Positions 28,898-40,000 of a stretch of DNA of 64,000 nt are shown here, piece by piece (positions within the stretch are counted from its first letter, which is position 1; every line of letters starts with the position of its first letter). This DNA is from a virus, in the IMG/VR virus record IMGVR_UViG_3300039208_000624; one strand, given 5' to 3'. The notes beneath the pieces are model-generated. The model was not told where the DNA came from and did not search any database. It worked only from the letters and a program-made list of their open reading frames with translations. The translations under genes and the position numbers were made by a program.

Positions 28898-30047
28898 CTT
28901 CCTCCATGAATTCTTCGGCAGCCTCAAAAGCCATGGGATCTATGATATCAAAAATCTGTCCCTCAATATGGGCCGACAAGGTTTGGTCAAGAAGTAAGCG
29001 ACGAGAGGCATCAATCTTCTTCATCGCAATAAAGGTAAACTTGTTTTCTTTGTCAACAATAGTATATTCAATCTCACCATCTTCTCGCCGAACTCTTTTC
29101 GGCAACAAGATTTGTTTACCGCCCCGACCTCCAAGCTGTAGAACACCAAGAAGGACCGCCCTTTCCATAATCTCCCACTGCCGGAAGACACCATTGCCAA
29201 ACAGAATAGGAAACTCGCCATCAATGTTTATCGGCCCATAGCGATTCTTCAGAATCTTGTAGCGAGCAATAACGCCAATTTGGTTGCCATCAGCATCAGT
29301 CTTAGTCTGTGCTTTTCCCGGCTTCAGCATTCGAATACGTTGTGTAGAATAAAACTTTACTGCACGCCCGCCGCTACTTGTAGAAGGGTCACCATACATG
29401 ACGCCAATCTTTTCTCGAAGCTGGTTAATGAAAACAATAGTAGATCCCGTCTTACGAATGCTTGGTGCGAGTTTTCGACACGCATCACTCATAAGGCGTG
29501 GTAAATCACCGACCGATTTGTCGCCGATATCCTTGGCCAAAGATCCTTCAGGAACCGCTGCGTCAATCGAATCAAATACAACAAGAGACTTGGGAAACTC
29601 TTCCACAAATCTCTTAAGGACATTGAGGGCCGCCTCACCGCCGTCCACGTTAAACATGCGTAACTTGTGCTCATCAAGTGCAATCTGATCTTTGACACTG
29701 CGAATATTATCGAACGTTCGTCGGCTGCCACTATTTTCCAGATTGATATATGCCGCATGCTTGCCCGCCATCAGTGCATAGCCGATCGCCTCAAGGGCAA
29801 TAGCGGTCTTGAAAGACCCTTCGTCACCAATAACTTCGATCATACATCCTTCGGGAAAAGGGACTCCGAGATCTACATCAAGATTTAACGAACCCGTCGA
29901 GTTGCCGTCAGGATTATCCAGTTCGCTGGGATTGACAACTTGAGTGCCAGGAATACTACTCTCAATGTCTTTGGCAAAAAACTTGTAATTGCCTTCTTTG
30001 AAATCTTCAACAACCTTTTCGGCCTTCTTTTTACGAGGCATTCTCAA
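28809..30047 (-). CDS. recA: RecA/UvsX-family recombinase
   Basis: STGSLNLDVDLG, Walker A GDEGSFKT, Walker B VVFDSI, FINQLREKIGVMYGDP...SGGRAVKFYS..RI, KNRYGP. Confidence 0.95.
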   Translation of the reverse strand: MRMPRKKKAEKVVEDFKEGNYKFFAKDIESSIPGTQVVNPSELDNPDGNSTGSLNLDVDLGVPFPEGCMIEVIGDEGSFKTAIALEAIGYALMAGKHAAYINLENSGSRRTFDNIRSVKDQIALDEHKLRMFNVDGGEAALNVLKRFVEEFPKSLVVFDSIDAAVPEGSLAKDIGDKSVGDLPRLMSDACRKLAPSIRKTGSTIVFINQLREKIGVMYGDPSTSSGGRAVKFYSTQRIRMLKPGKAQTKTDADGNQIGVIARYKILKNRYGPINIDGEFPILFGNGVFRQWEIMERAVLLGVLQLGGRGGKQILLPKRVRREDGEIEYTIVDKENKFTFIAMKKIDASRRLLLDQTLSAHIEGQIFDIIDPMAFEAAEEFMEEDDEICDADGEGDVGRSAAEQVPSEERASQ

Positions 30048-30471
30048 GCTCCTTCAAAAATTGCATGAGAGACTTAGATTCTTGTTTTTTGAACTTACCC
30101 AGACCCTCACCCATCATGCATGCCCCGTAGTATTCTTGACGCCTATCTTTATACGTCTGAACAACTTCCCCAAGATCTTGTCTCCGAAACAGCTTTTTTG
30201 CAACTACTGCCGCCTTAGCAAACTCAGATGAATTGATCTCGGTAGGAACACATCGTATCACGTAGAAGGCCAACTGATCTGAAGTAAGCCCGTTAACTTT
30301 CATAAGCCGTCTGACGCAAGCAACTGTCTTGCCCCAAAAAGCCTTATATTTAGGGCTCCTCCATGGATTGGGAGGAACATCAAGACTGCGATTCAGAAGA
30401 ATTAGCTCGGTGATAATGTTGGCTTCATCGTGCTGTATATCTGGGCTGGTAATCGATTCATACTTAGCCAT
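30031..30471 (-). CDS. Hypothetical protein (146 aa)
   Basis: Operon-coupled ORF. Confidence 0.65.
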   Translation of the reverse strand: MAKYESITSPDIQHDEANIITELILLNRSLDVPPNPWRSPKYKAFWGKTVACVRRLMKVNGLTSDQLAFYVIRCVPTEINSSEFAKAAVVAKKLFRRQDLGEVVQTYKDRRQEYYGACMMGEGLGKFKKQESKSLMQFLKELENAS

Positions 30472-30895
30472 TCAAAATGACCCCCTCTTTCTTGGGATCG
30501 TAGTCTCGAACTTCTGGGACAAAACCACCTTCTTCTGTAATCCAAGTAATACAGATCTTGTTTCCAGAAAGATATCCTATCCCTCTCCATGTTTTTTCGA
30601 TAGAAACTCCGCTGGTTATGAACCTCTTTTGTTTCTTAGCCTGCCAATAACCAAGTAACTGCGGATTTCCCGCCTCATCTTTGTAGGGAATCAACCTTGC
30701 CTGCTGGCCAGCGTACTCAAGACGAAGATTAGTTATATGCAAGTCATTGGCTGCTACATATTCCTTGAGCCTCATCCAGGCGGTTTTCATTCCTGGAGTT
30801 ATATCTTCAAAGACGGTGGTGCCATCAGAAAGGGAGGCGATCCATCTGTTGTTAGGATAGACGTGGGGATGGCGAGTATTGAAGGCGAGGGTCAT
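30464..30895 (-). CDS. Hypothetical protein (143 aa), first gene of the replication module
   Basis: Strong GGAGGT RBS 5 nt upstream; RWIASLSDGTTVFED...AWMRLKEY. Confidence 0.75.
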   Translation of the reverse strand: MTLAFNTRHPHVYPNNRWIASLSDGTTVFEDITPGMKTAWMRLKEYVAANDLHITNLRLEYAGQQARLIPYKDEAGNPQLLGYWQAKKQKRFITSGVSIEKTWRGIGYLSGNKICITWITEEGGFVPEVRDYDPKKEGVILNG

Positions 30896-30958
30896 TTGTA
30901 CCTCCAGGAACGAAAGGTGGCCAAAGCCAACAGCCCGAATGGAGCTTCTTCACCCTAT

Positions 30959-30987
30959 ATTATGTCCGGCAATTGAGTTGGTGGCAC
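30959..30987 (-). promoter_or_regulatory. Putative sigma70-like promoter for the replication module
   Basis: GTGCCA (4/6 to TTGACA), 17-bp spacer, CATAAT (5/6 to TATAAT), immediately downstream of the terminator. Confidence 0.4.
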
Positions 30988-30989
30988 AT

Positions 30990-31015
30990 AAAAAAGGCCC
31001 CCTTTCTCGGGGGCC
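30990..31015 (-). terminator. Rho-independent terminator ending the structural module
   Basis: GGCCCCC-GAGAAA-GGGGGCC followed by TTTTTT, 18 nt after the stop of 31034..31714. Confidence 0.9.
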
Positions 31016-31033
31016 TGCGGCATGGTTGGGATC

Positions 31034-31714
31034 TTACAGGAACTCAGTCTCGACATAGAATCCAAAGTCGACCTTTCTACCTGCAACTCCAGGACTTGCG
31101 GACACAATCACGTGCCAATCATGTACCGTCGCCTCCGCGGTCTGATCGTTAAGGGTCAGCGACGAGTTTGACATGGCAGTGATATCGGTCCACGTAGCGT
31201 CACCTGCCGCCCCATCGGTGTCTGCCAATTGAGCCGCCTGGACCGTGATATTCGTCGCCGCTGCGGCCGATCCACCATCGCCGCCCGGAATACCCGAAGC
31301 GGCGTTGAGGCCAACACAACGGAATACGGCGTCCTGAGTCTGTACCAATTGTGCATTTGGCTCAGTAAAGCGAATAAGAAGTGTTCCCGAGTTCTGCGGG
31401 ATATCTGCAAGACCATGTCCTGTCAAAGCGATGTTGACGCCAGAAACGTCCGCATCTGTTGATCCAATAAACTTAACGTTTATCAAAGTGCCAAGGTCTG
31501 TTCCGACATTATCACAACGATGTGTTCTGTCTTGATATTGACCAATTCTTACGGGACTATTGGGTGCCCCGTTTACTCCGAAGAAGCCCACACGGTTCGG
31601 AGATGCCGTGGCCGCCTCTTCGAGATTGAAGATCTCGACCAAAGGCACAGCTCGGGTAGTAGGCGTTCCGCCCATAGCTCCGCTTGCTGCAAAGAATCTG
31701 ATTCCTGATACCAT
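31034..31714 (-). CDS. Putative virion structural protein (226 aa)
   Basis: G/A/T-rich beta composition, last gene of the tail operon, preceded by the TTAGTGTA motif. Confidence 0.65.
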   Translation of the reverse strand: MVSGIRFFAASGAMGGTPTTRAVPLVEIFNLEEAATASPNRVGFFGVNGAPNSPVRIGQYQDRTHRCDNVGTDLGTLINVKFIGSTDADVSGVNIALTGHGLADIPQNSGTLLIRFTEPNAQLVQTQDAVFRCVGLNAASGIPGGDGGSAAAATNITVQAAQLADTDGAAGDATWTDITAMSNSSLTLNDQTAEATVHDWHVIVSASPGVAGRKVDFGFYVETEFL

Positions 31715-31733
31715 GTTAATCCCTCATTATGTG

Positions 31734-31752
31734 CCGCTTAAAAGTACACTAA
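31734..31752 (-). promoter_or_regulatory. TTAGTGTA-N8-CGG motif (candidate late promoter)
   Basis: TTAGTGTA CTTTTAAG CGG; the TAG is the stop codon of 31749..33752. Confidence 0.6.
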
Positions 31753-33752
31753 TTGATATCTCGGTAGATGAAATTGATGTTATCTGTTCCCAGGAAATTG
31801 ACATCAGTTATTTCTATCATCTCTCTAACATGCCATTCTGTAGCAAGTTCCTCCAACCTCAAAAGGAACACGCTGTTAATGGCTGGCGAACTTCCACCCG
31901 TTTGACCGCTCACATTACCAAGGGCCCAGTTTCCATTCGTCACTGTAGTAGATCCAGTAACCGTCGTCATATCATATATATCGCGGATAGCCGGACCAAT
32001 AAAATTGATCACTTCTTTTGGAGTACCCAGAACTGGAATCGAGCCAGTCGCCGGAAATGTTAGCGGCAACAAAGCCACAGGTCTTTCATCATTGAAATTG
32101 AATCGTCTCACTAAAATCTGCCCATTCTCAGCAAAAATTTTAGTCTTAGAAAAGTCTTGTGCCGTAGATTCGAAAGAGTCAACAAAGTTGAAGCTTGAAT
32201 CAAAGCGAAAGATTTCCAAGTTGGATGCCGTAAAATCTATGGCATAATAGTTAGTACCATCGAAACAAAAGTCTCTTAATATCTGTGCAGAAGCCAAGGT
32301 GCTCGAAAATACATCATCCACAAAATCCAAATCGTCAGCGTTCCATCTCATGATTCCCATAGCACTGCCAGGACTGCTGCTGGAATCGTTCACCATCTTT
32401 ACGACTTGATTACCTATCAGTTCAAGACCAACAGTATCGTCTTCCCACGTGTGAGTATTGAATGCGTTGGGAGACGGACGATTATCTGCTGGACGAACCC
32501 ACAAGGCTCGGCCCGTGAATGGAGAAATCAGTGCAAGTCCAGACCCTTCGTTTACCCAGAATCCAGCATTAAGGACCTCATATCCGTCCTGAATCTGCTG
32601 AGTAACAGTATTCTTAAGCTGAAACATGCCAGATGGGGGCGGCCACGTACTGATCAATCCTGATGGCACTGCACCATTAGGAAAGTCGGCTTTTTCATTA
32701 ACAACAGCTACTCGATACACCCCCTCAGCCTTAGCTCCCGGCGTCAAGAACACTCGACTGTCAGGAACTCTGCCCCCACCATTCACAATCACTCTATCGG
32801 AAGACGACACGTAGGTGAAATGATCTACAAAATCTGTATCATAAGTGTCAGTCTCAATATCCTGAACTCCAATACGATACTTAGTATCTGCGAAAAGAAG
32901 ATCGCCATTCAACTTCATTCGTCCGGCAACTGCGTCCGATATAGTAAACTCATCCGCATTTCTACCTGCACCAATGAAGGCACTCGACTCCCTGGAATTT
33001 GTAGTAATTAGTGTGCCATTTGGCTTCTGAAACATAGGAAAGAATGGTCGAGACATGAAGCGTGCTCTTTGAGCCGCATCTATATTAGAATTGTTGTCCC
33101 TAAGATCGCTGGTGTTAGTAGACGAAATCCATGGAAAAGGATTGAACATAACTTCGCCGAAATCGCGATCGAACATCACTCCCGACCCACCAAGCGTATT
33201 AATATCGTTGGACAATACGAAAGCTGATTGAAACTCAAGAGGAAAAAAGCTCTTGATGCCAAGCGGCTGTTCCTGTCTCGCGTACGGAGTCAAGTCTCCA
33301 AACGGATCGTTCAAAGCAGCCTGACCCGAGCTACCAGGATAAAAGTTGTTCAAAACATCAGCTTCTATAGCATCATCTGTGTATTCAGTGTCATACCTCG
33401 ACCATACGTCTGACTTAAGAAATCTTCGTAAATCAACAATATAGTCGAGGACAAGAGCGGACAGCGGGCCAACCTCTGCTTTGTGAAAATCAAAATTGTC
33501 TGCACCTGGAGTTGGCTCGAAATTTGTCGAAGAGAAGTCGAAGGGGTCTGGTCCTGGGCCGGATGGATTTAGAATTTGGAAGTGATCAAGATCCATGTCG
33601 GCCAGCTCTGTTTGTCGCAAACGTCTCCTCTCAGCTACTGCTACCCACATAGCCTGTTCGATTATAAGACCCGCAACACCAGACGGAAGATCGCCCCGGA
33701 AGGGCATGGTAATATCCCACTCGTATGGCACTATTCCGGACTGAAGGACCAT
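31749..33752 (-). CDS. Putative tail/baseplate structural protein (667 aa)
   Basis: Position in the distal tail operon; helical N-terminus and beta-rich, propeller-like C-terminal part. Confidence 0.6.
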   Translation of the reverse strand: MVLQSGIVPYEWDITMPFRGDLPSGVAGLIIEQAMWVAVAERRRLRQTELADMDLDHFQILNPSGPGPDPFDFSSTNFEPTPGADNFDFHKAEVGPLSALVLDYIVDLRRFLKSDVWSRYDTEYTDDAIEADVLNNFYPGSSGQAALNDPFGDLTPYARQEQPLGIKSFFPLEFQSAFVLSNDINTLGGSGVMFDRDFGEVMFNPFPWISSTNTSDLRDNNSNIDAAQRARFMSRPFFPMFQKPNGTLITTNSRESSAFIGAGRNADEFTISDAVAGRMKLNGDLLFADTKYRIGVQDIETDTYDTDFVDHFTYVSSSDRVIVNGGGRVPDSRVFLTPGAKAEGVYRVAVVNEKADFPNGAVPSGLISTWPPPSGMFQLKNTVTQQIQDGYEVLNAGFWVNEGSGLALISPFTGRALWVRPADNRPSPNAFNTHTWEDDTVGLELIGNQVVKMVNDSSSSPGSAMGIMRWNADDLDFVDDVFSSTLASAQILRDFCFDGTNYYAIDFTASNLEIFRFDSSFNFVDSFESTAQDFSKTKIFAENGQILVRRFNFNDERPVALLPLTFPATGSIPVLGTPKEVINFIGPAIRDIYDMTTVTGSTTVTNGNWALGNVSGQTGGSSPAINSVFLLRLEELATEWHVREMIEITDVNFLGTDNINFIYRDIN

Positions 33753-36700
33753 TACTGCTCTCGGTATCTCAGGAATGCGGGACGACTGATCTGGATAAAG
33801 TTTGTAGATGCAGTTACGCCGCCTGCACTCTGGATCTGAGCATCTACAGTAGCCAAGTAACCTTTATCCCCAGAGGCAGCAAACTGCGGAAATGGCAACA
33901 CAATGCAATCGCCAAACGTAGTTCCACTTGTTATCACATTACCCAGATTATCCAACGGCTTAGCAACCGCAATAGCATTAGGAGTACCCTGTCCGCTAAC
34001 AACAATAATTTCTACTGGCGTTACTCCTGCACCGCCCTCTGCCGCTGCGGGATTAAGGAACACTCCTCCGTCACCAACTCCTGGTTTCACTGCCGCATCA
34101 CCCTGAGCGGCAAGAGTCGTCTTATCTCCAATAGACACAGTTCCATTAAGAGGAGCAATATCAAACAAAGCACGAGTAGTCCCATTACCTGCCGCAGTAG
34201 GATCAACAATAGTCACGTCAAAACTGCCCGGAGTTACGCCGGCTCTCGCGACTTCAACAATAGTGCCGTTTCCAAAAGCACGTCCCTGAGTAAAATACCT
34301 AAGAACAGTATTCCCATTCGGCAATTCAAAATTATCCACGTGGTAGAGGGCCTGATCTCCTATATTAAGGAATCCATCAACACAGATAGCACCATCAGTA
34401 AAATCCTGATTTGCTCCACCGGCCGAGTGCGGCTTTGTGTACAACTGCTGATCAATACCCCGATATCTTTCGTCTTCTGCGTCGGCAACATTGGAAGCCA
34501 GAGTAAATACGTTATTCACTTCTGTAATAGTTACTCGGACAGCACGCTGCTCTTCATCGAAGAAGAATGGGGTTGGAATCTCGTCTCCTGGCAACTGAAC
34601 GTCGAGTGGAACCCCTGGACGCTGATTGCGTAGCTCAAGATCTGTGAAATCAATTGGATTGATTATTCCATCAAGCTGTGCCCTAACCCTGTCACCAAGA
34701 GGTGCTTCTCTGCCAAATCTCGGGAAGTATGATTGAACCTTATATCGTGTAGTGAATCCATCAATACCAAACGAAATATTCACTTCATTAACGCCGTGGG
34801 AAATCTCTCCATACTGTCCCGAAGGACCAATCCCTTGGTTAGCAAAGCTGTCGAATGACAATAGCGGTAATCCGACCTGGGTGAAATCCGCGTATCTCGA
34901 CGAACTTCGAGGAACAATACGTCCAACTGCACGACGAAAAGCTCTGTCTGTCATTACCTCGATAGAAGTGTCAGAACCACGCGGAGAGAAGGCCCAAGGA
35001 ACAAACTGGTCATCAAGCTGAACATCTTCATCACGCTGGAAATGATTCACGCCAGCAACCCAATTAGTCGGATAAGTCTGGCCATATCTGGAACGAGCCT
35101 CAACTGGAATAGCAACATCGTCAAGCTGTTGATAAGCGTTCAGTACAACGGCCGGATTTATAATATCCCTGATACCTGACCCCGTCAACTTATTCCGAGT
35201 CGTCAAAAGCGTAGCCAAATTTGCAAGAGTAGAGTTCTCGGCAACGCCAGTAGACGGACCCGCATTTACTGGCAACTGGCACAATAGAGTTCCTTCTGGG
35301 AAGGATTCGAAACTGTAAAGATCGTCACTACGAGGATTGATTACTCTTTGTCCCACAACCCTCAATTCAACTGGAATGTAATGTCGACCGTCGCCAGTAG
35401 GATTAAACGGCGGAGCATCTTCTGTCCAGTTTCCAAAACTGGCTGGCACCTCATCTCCTTGCGAGCCATACGCCGTATCAGCCGGCAACACACAGTGTGC
35501 TCTAACTCGAAAATCATCAGTCACAAACGGACTAATTGGACCAAGAGCACGACTGATCTGATAATCCTCAGTGAAGATTCCGCTACCCTGAGAGCCCGAG
35601 GGAGACAACGTAAATCCCTGAACCTGGTTCTCTACATTAGCCCAAGCCGCATCAACAAGCCTGTAAAAGCCAGACGCCGAGTTAAATAAAACACCCTCAG
35701 CCACATAGCTACGTCCATAATGACGTGACGCGTGATCACGCACACGCTGAAACCAGTTGATAACCCAGTTATGCTCTTCGTCCCTCCGATTACTAATAAC
35801 GCGTAAACCATTTTCGCCATCGCCGGTACCACCTCCGGCAATAGGCTGATTGATGTCGATTCTGCTCTGAAAAGTCTCGCTTTGTGCCGAAATATGTCCG
35901 GCATCAGTTACAGCACCAAATCCTGGAGTTTGTGCATTTGGATCATTTGTCTGATACTTTTTGTAATAAGTCCACTGCTCAATTCCAGCAAGAGCCATTT
36001 GAAGCTCTGTCTCAGATGGTATATATGTTCGATACGTTCCATCCTCGTGGAAAAATCCAATCGTAAGAAGGTCCCACGCTTTAGTAAACGTAACATTACC
36101 ATCCAGTAGAGTGGTATCCAAACCATCGATAGGACTCAGTATATCCGAATTAATGAATCCCTGCTGGTGCCCGCCTAAAACTCTGAAGCGAGTTGGGTCG
36201 GAAACTATATCCTTGCCAAAGCCGATTTGGCTTGTTGTGTCGAGGCCCGAAGCACTACCAAACTCGCTGACAATGTCCAGAATATCATTCTCGGAAGGAT
36301 CAAACGGGATGCGTTTATTGATCAAGCCGATCTTCTGACTGTCCATAATCCAATACCAATCAAATCCATGGTCCTGGAATATTCTTGTTACAGCCTCATC
36401 GAGGGGTGCAAGATTGAACTGCCATCTAATGGCCTCAATAGAGCCTCCAGTGTTTCTTGACAGTTGGTCAACCGATGGCAGCTCGCTTACAGGAAGAGTA
36501 ATCTGGCCTTCGTTAAAAGATAAGTCGACTGCCGCCAAAATCTGATCGTAAGACGCACCGAATCTAAGAATTCGTTCATACTCTCGAATCAACGAATCAG
36601 ACGCGTTCCCCATATTATCTTCGAAACCATTGATCTTGCGAAAAGCTCTTGCTACAGAAACCACTCCGCTTGGAACATCCTCCCCAAGATCTTCTGTATG

Positions 36701-37084
36701 AATCTTAACGCGACGCAAGCTGCGGCGATTATCCTCAAGATTCACCTTAAAAATCGTGCCATTATTACTACTTGTGTAATCCGAGTGGGTTATGATACCC
36801 TTGAATTGGTAGTCACCAATCGCCAGCTCTAATGCTTTCCCTATATCTGGAAGCTGGCCGGAAGCACCATGAAATGCACATGGGTCTCCGCACGGAATCC
36901 ACTCTGTGTTAATCGTATGGGGCTGAAGATTAAAGCCAAAAGAGCTGTTTAAAGAAGATAGAAAAGCACAGAGCTGCGATCCTGGCTGATCATCAGCAAA
37001 CTGTCCAGACGGCCAAGCGAAACCGTTGATTGGTACGCCAACGCCGCTGACAGTAATTACATTCGGATCGAAACTTATAACCAT
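33752..37084 (-). CDS. Putative tail hub / baseplate protein (1110 aa)
   Basis: FQFKGIIT.SD....G.IFKVNLED.RRSL and HGFDWYW patterns resemble hub-like tail proteins; located downstream of the tape measure and adhesin. Confidence 0.6.
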   Translation of the reverse strand: MVISFDPNVITVSGVGVPINGFAWPSGQFADDQPGSQLCAFLSSLNSSFGFNLQPHTINTEWIPCGDPCAFHGASGQLPDIGKALELAIGDYQFKGIITHSDYTSSNNGTIFKVNLEDNRRSLRRVKIHTEDLGEDVPSGVVSVARAFRKINGFEDNMGNASDSLIREYERILRFGASYDQILAAVDLSFNEGQITLPVSELPSVDQLSRNTGGSIEAIRWQFNLAPLDEAVTRIFQDHGFDWYWIMDSQKIGLINKRIPFDPSENDILDIVSEFGSASGLDTTSQIGFGKDIVSDPTRFRVLGGHQQGFINSDILSPIDGLDTTLLDGNVTFTKAWDLLTIGFFHEDGTYRTYIPSETELQMALAGIEQWTYYKKYQTNDPNAQTPGFGAVTDAGHISAQSETFQSRIDINQPIAGGGTGDGENGLRVISNRRDEEHNWVINWFQRVRDHASRHYGRSYVAEGVLFNSASGFYRLVDAAWANVENQVQGFTLSPSGSQGSGIFTEDYQISRALGPISPFVTDDFRVRAHCVLPADTAYGSQGDEVPASFGNWTEDAPPFNPTGDGRHYIPVELRVVGQRVINPRSDDLYSFESFPEGTLLCQLPVNAGPSTGVAENSTLANLATLLTTRNKLTGSGIRDIINPAVVLNAYQQLDDVAIPVEARSRYGQTYPTNWVAGVNHFQRDEDVQLDDQFVPWAFSPRGSDTSIEVMTDRAFRRAVGRIVPRSSSRYADFTQVGLPLLSFDSFANQGIGPSGQYGEISHGVNEVNISFGIDGFTTRYKVQSYFPRFGREAPLGDRVRAQLDGIINPIDFTDLELRNQRPGVPLDVQLPGDEIPTPFFFDEEQRAVRVTITEVNNVFTLASNVADAEDERYRGIDQQLYTKPHSAGGANQDFTDGAICVDGFLNIGDQALYHVDNFELPNGNTVLRYFTQGRAFGNGTIVEVARAGVTPGSFDVTIVDPTAAGNGTTRALFDIAPLNGTVSIGDKTTLAAQGDAAVKPGVGDGGVFLNPAAAEGGAGVTPVEIIVVSGQGTPNAIAVAKPLDNLGNVITSGTTFGDCIVLPFPQFAASGDKGYLATVDAQIQSAGGVTASTNFIQISRPAFLRYREQ

Positions 37085-40000
37085 TATGGGCCTCCGCCAA
37101 GCTCGTAGAGATCAGAACCCTCAGCCAAGCTATCACACCAGATGATCCCGCGAGAATCTCGTACGCACCAGATAGGACAATATGTTCCCGGCTCTGTATA
37201 CGATCGAGTTGTATTCCTCACTATGGTCGTCTGTCCATCACCGTAGTCCAAAAGATCTGCTACGATACTTACACTATTTGGAGTGCTTTCCACATTCTGA
37301 TTGAAGGCTACAAGCAACTCAGCATTACCAGCCTGTGGGACGCCAGAAAGACCTATTACCACTGGGCTTACGCCGGAAGCCGCGTTCACCGCTATCGTAT
37401 CACAAGAATGGATTCCGTCCGAGTCGATGGCTTCAACTCGCACCATATAGAATCCCTGTCCCCCAAAACGATGCTGCACTGGATAACATCCTGCACCGCT
37501 CTGTGCCACTACAACTGGTGCACTGAAGTCTCCAAAACTCCAAGTGACCTTTTCAATTGTCTTGCCTTGCTGTCCAGAAGCCTTAGCTACAAAGTACTGG
37601 TTAAAAGGCGGAGCCAAACCGCTAACTGCTCTAAACGGCACTTCGATCTGAACGGTCGGAGGGCATTCATCTTGGAAAACTTCCGCAGTAGCATCGAAAT
37701 CACTCGAAGCAAATTGAGAAACTTGGATCAAGCTATCAAAATCTTCTGAATCTTGTACTTCGACAGTATACCCAGCGTCAAATTGAAGTCTGCCAGACAA
37801 ACCTCCAACTACATATCCACCCAAAGTTCCAGACGCCAACTCAAAACCAAGCATATGGCCGCCGACCAATCCAGAACCGGTATCAATTCCCTGAATATGT
37901 GCTCCAACAAATGAGAATGGCACAAATATACCAGAAACAAGTGCTCCAATAATTCCACTTGTACCAGTAGATCCAGCAACATAAGAGCCAATGATTCCAG
38001 ATGAAGAATCTCCTCCTCGAATGATTCCTCCTATCAAACCAGATCCAGTATCAAGCCCAAGTATATGACCACCAACTTGACCGCTCGCACCAGGAGAACC
38101 TTTTATGAGACCTCCAATGAGACCCGATCCGGTGTCAGAACTCAGCATCAAGCCTCCTAAAAGTCCGGAGGCAACATTGGCACCAAAAATCTGTCCACCA
38201 ATAATACCGCTCAGAGTTCCGCTTGCGGGTACTGCCGCTATACCATTGATCGCAATGAAAGCGACTTCTTCATCAGACATACTTCTATCAAAGTAGAAGA
38301 AATCTGTCATATAGCCATCGTTTGCTACATGAAGATTAGTCCAATCCCAAAGGCTTGTTTGCGGTGCAAAAACACTGAGAATGCGTGCCTCTGGCTCCTG
38401 CGGAACATGAAATCCACTTGCCGGCATCTTCTGAATATCGAGAGGCACTCCATTCATGTAGCAGCGTACTTGCTCATCCGCCTTGTTGTAACTCCAAGCG
38501 AAGTGATTCCAAACATCCTTATGTCCAGGAAGGAAGAATCCTTCTCGCCAAGGCTCAGCAATATCAGGTGTATCTGATCCATTCCTTATGCTTACGCGAT
38601 ATACTCCACAATCAACCTGTCCTGCTTTTGCGGCATTATGCGTGCTTTGATCCCAGTACATTCCACCTTCTGTAGAAAGCACCAAACGCATATTCTCGCC
38701 CTCATCAAAAATGATGGCCCACGACGAGTCCGTGAATGTTGTGCTAAAAGCCGTCCCGGGAACTATTCCATAAGAAGCAAAAACTCTAACGTCATTAGTG
38801 CTTGTGTTTGATCGAGTGCACGCCCAAAACCCTACTGAGAATCCATCATTAGGAGTATCAAAAGCCGCTCCTGAAACAACAAATGGTGCAACAACATTAG
38901 CATCAGCCATTGCATTTGCGTTATATGTAATGCCACTCGCCTGAGTATTCAAACTTGCATTTGTAAACGGTCCAGGAACAAATCTCAAGTTATGTGCAGC
39001 ATTATCCTGGCTACTAAACAGATTCTTTTCCGATACTTCTTGTGCAAGACCTCGCAAGTCATTCTGCTTAAGACTAAGATCTTTGATACCAGACGAACCT
39101 CCGCCAGAGAATCTCCAATATCCCTGTATATTTGGATCGCCCTGCGTAACCGCTTGAACAAAACTGGTGGATTGTGAATAACCAGCAGGAACAGTCGAAG
39201 TATCCAAACCATTCGTAGCAATGTCAGAAACTTCCGCAGTAGAAAATATACCATTCATTACGAAAACATTTCTCATGAATATATCGCCCAAACCTCCATC
39301 AAGATTGATGTCAGTTGTCGTACTACTGCCAGCAAGAATGCCGCCAATCGTTATAGCCGCATCATCGCCCGTCCCAACATTACCATCACTATTAAACCTC
39401 GAATCTTCTGCACCAATTCTACGAGACTGAACGGGAGTGCCGTTGATATACAGAGTAAAATGTACTGGCTCCAGTCCGCCGTCATTCAAAGATTGCTCAT
39501 CTTCTCCGCGAATATGAAGAGCTACTCTTGAAGGAACTCCAAATGGTAGGTTTCCAGAAACAATCGGCGTAGTTTGCGTACCAAAAGTATTCTCAGTACC
39601 AGCGAAAACAATAGAAACCCCTGATGGTCCTGTGCCCGCATCTTGCCCAAGCGGATCAGGATTATCCGCATTAATTGAAGTTAAGAATGCATAGCCCGCG
39701 TCTGCCGCGACTGTTGCCCACGCATAAAGCATGGAGTTGTGTCTTTGGCCATTCTGACAATGTAGCGTTGGCGGGATATTGCCGCTGGGCGTTACCTCGA
39801 ACGAAATAATACACTGATTGTAATAATGCGGCCCACCATCATCGCGGTCTTCAACCCAAGGCTTCAATCTCTGATGAGGAACACCAATCTGAGATTGTCT
39901 TGATGAAGTTAGGTGTGCTGCATTACCAAGACTGCCAGCAGAAGCACACCACATGCCGGAGGTAAATCCGAGGTTTCCAAAGCTTTGAAGCTCAGGAGGC

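Noticed and set aside
33725-34633. 302-aa plus-strand ORF and other plus-strand ORFs across the tail genes
   Set aside because: Ser/Arg-rich antisense translation of Gly/Thr-rich tail proteins; all supported genes in the window are on the minus strand.
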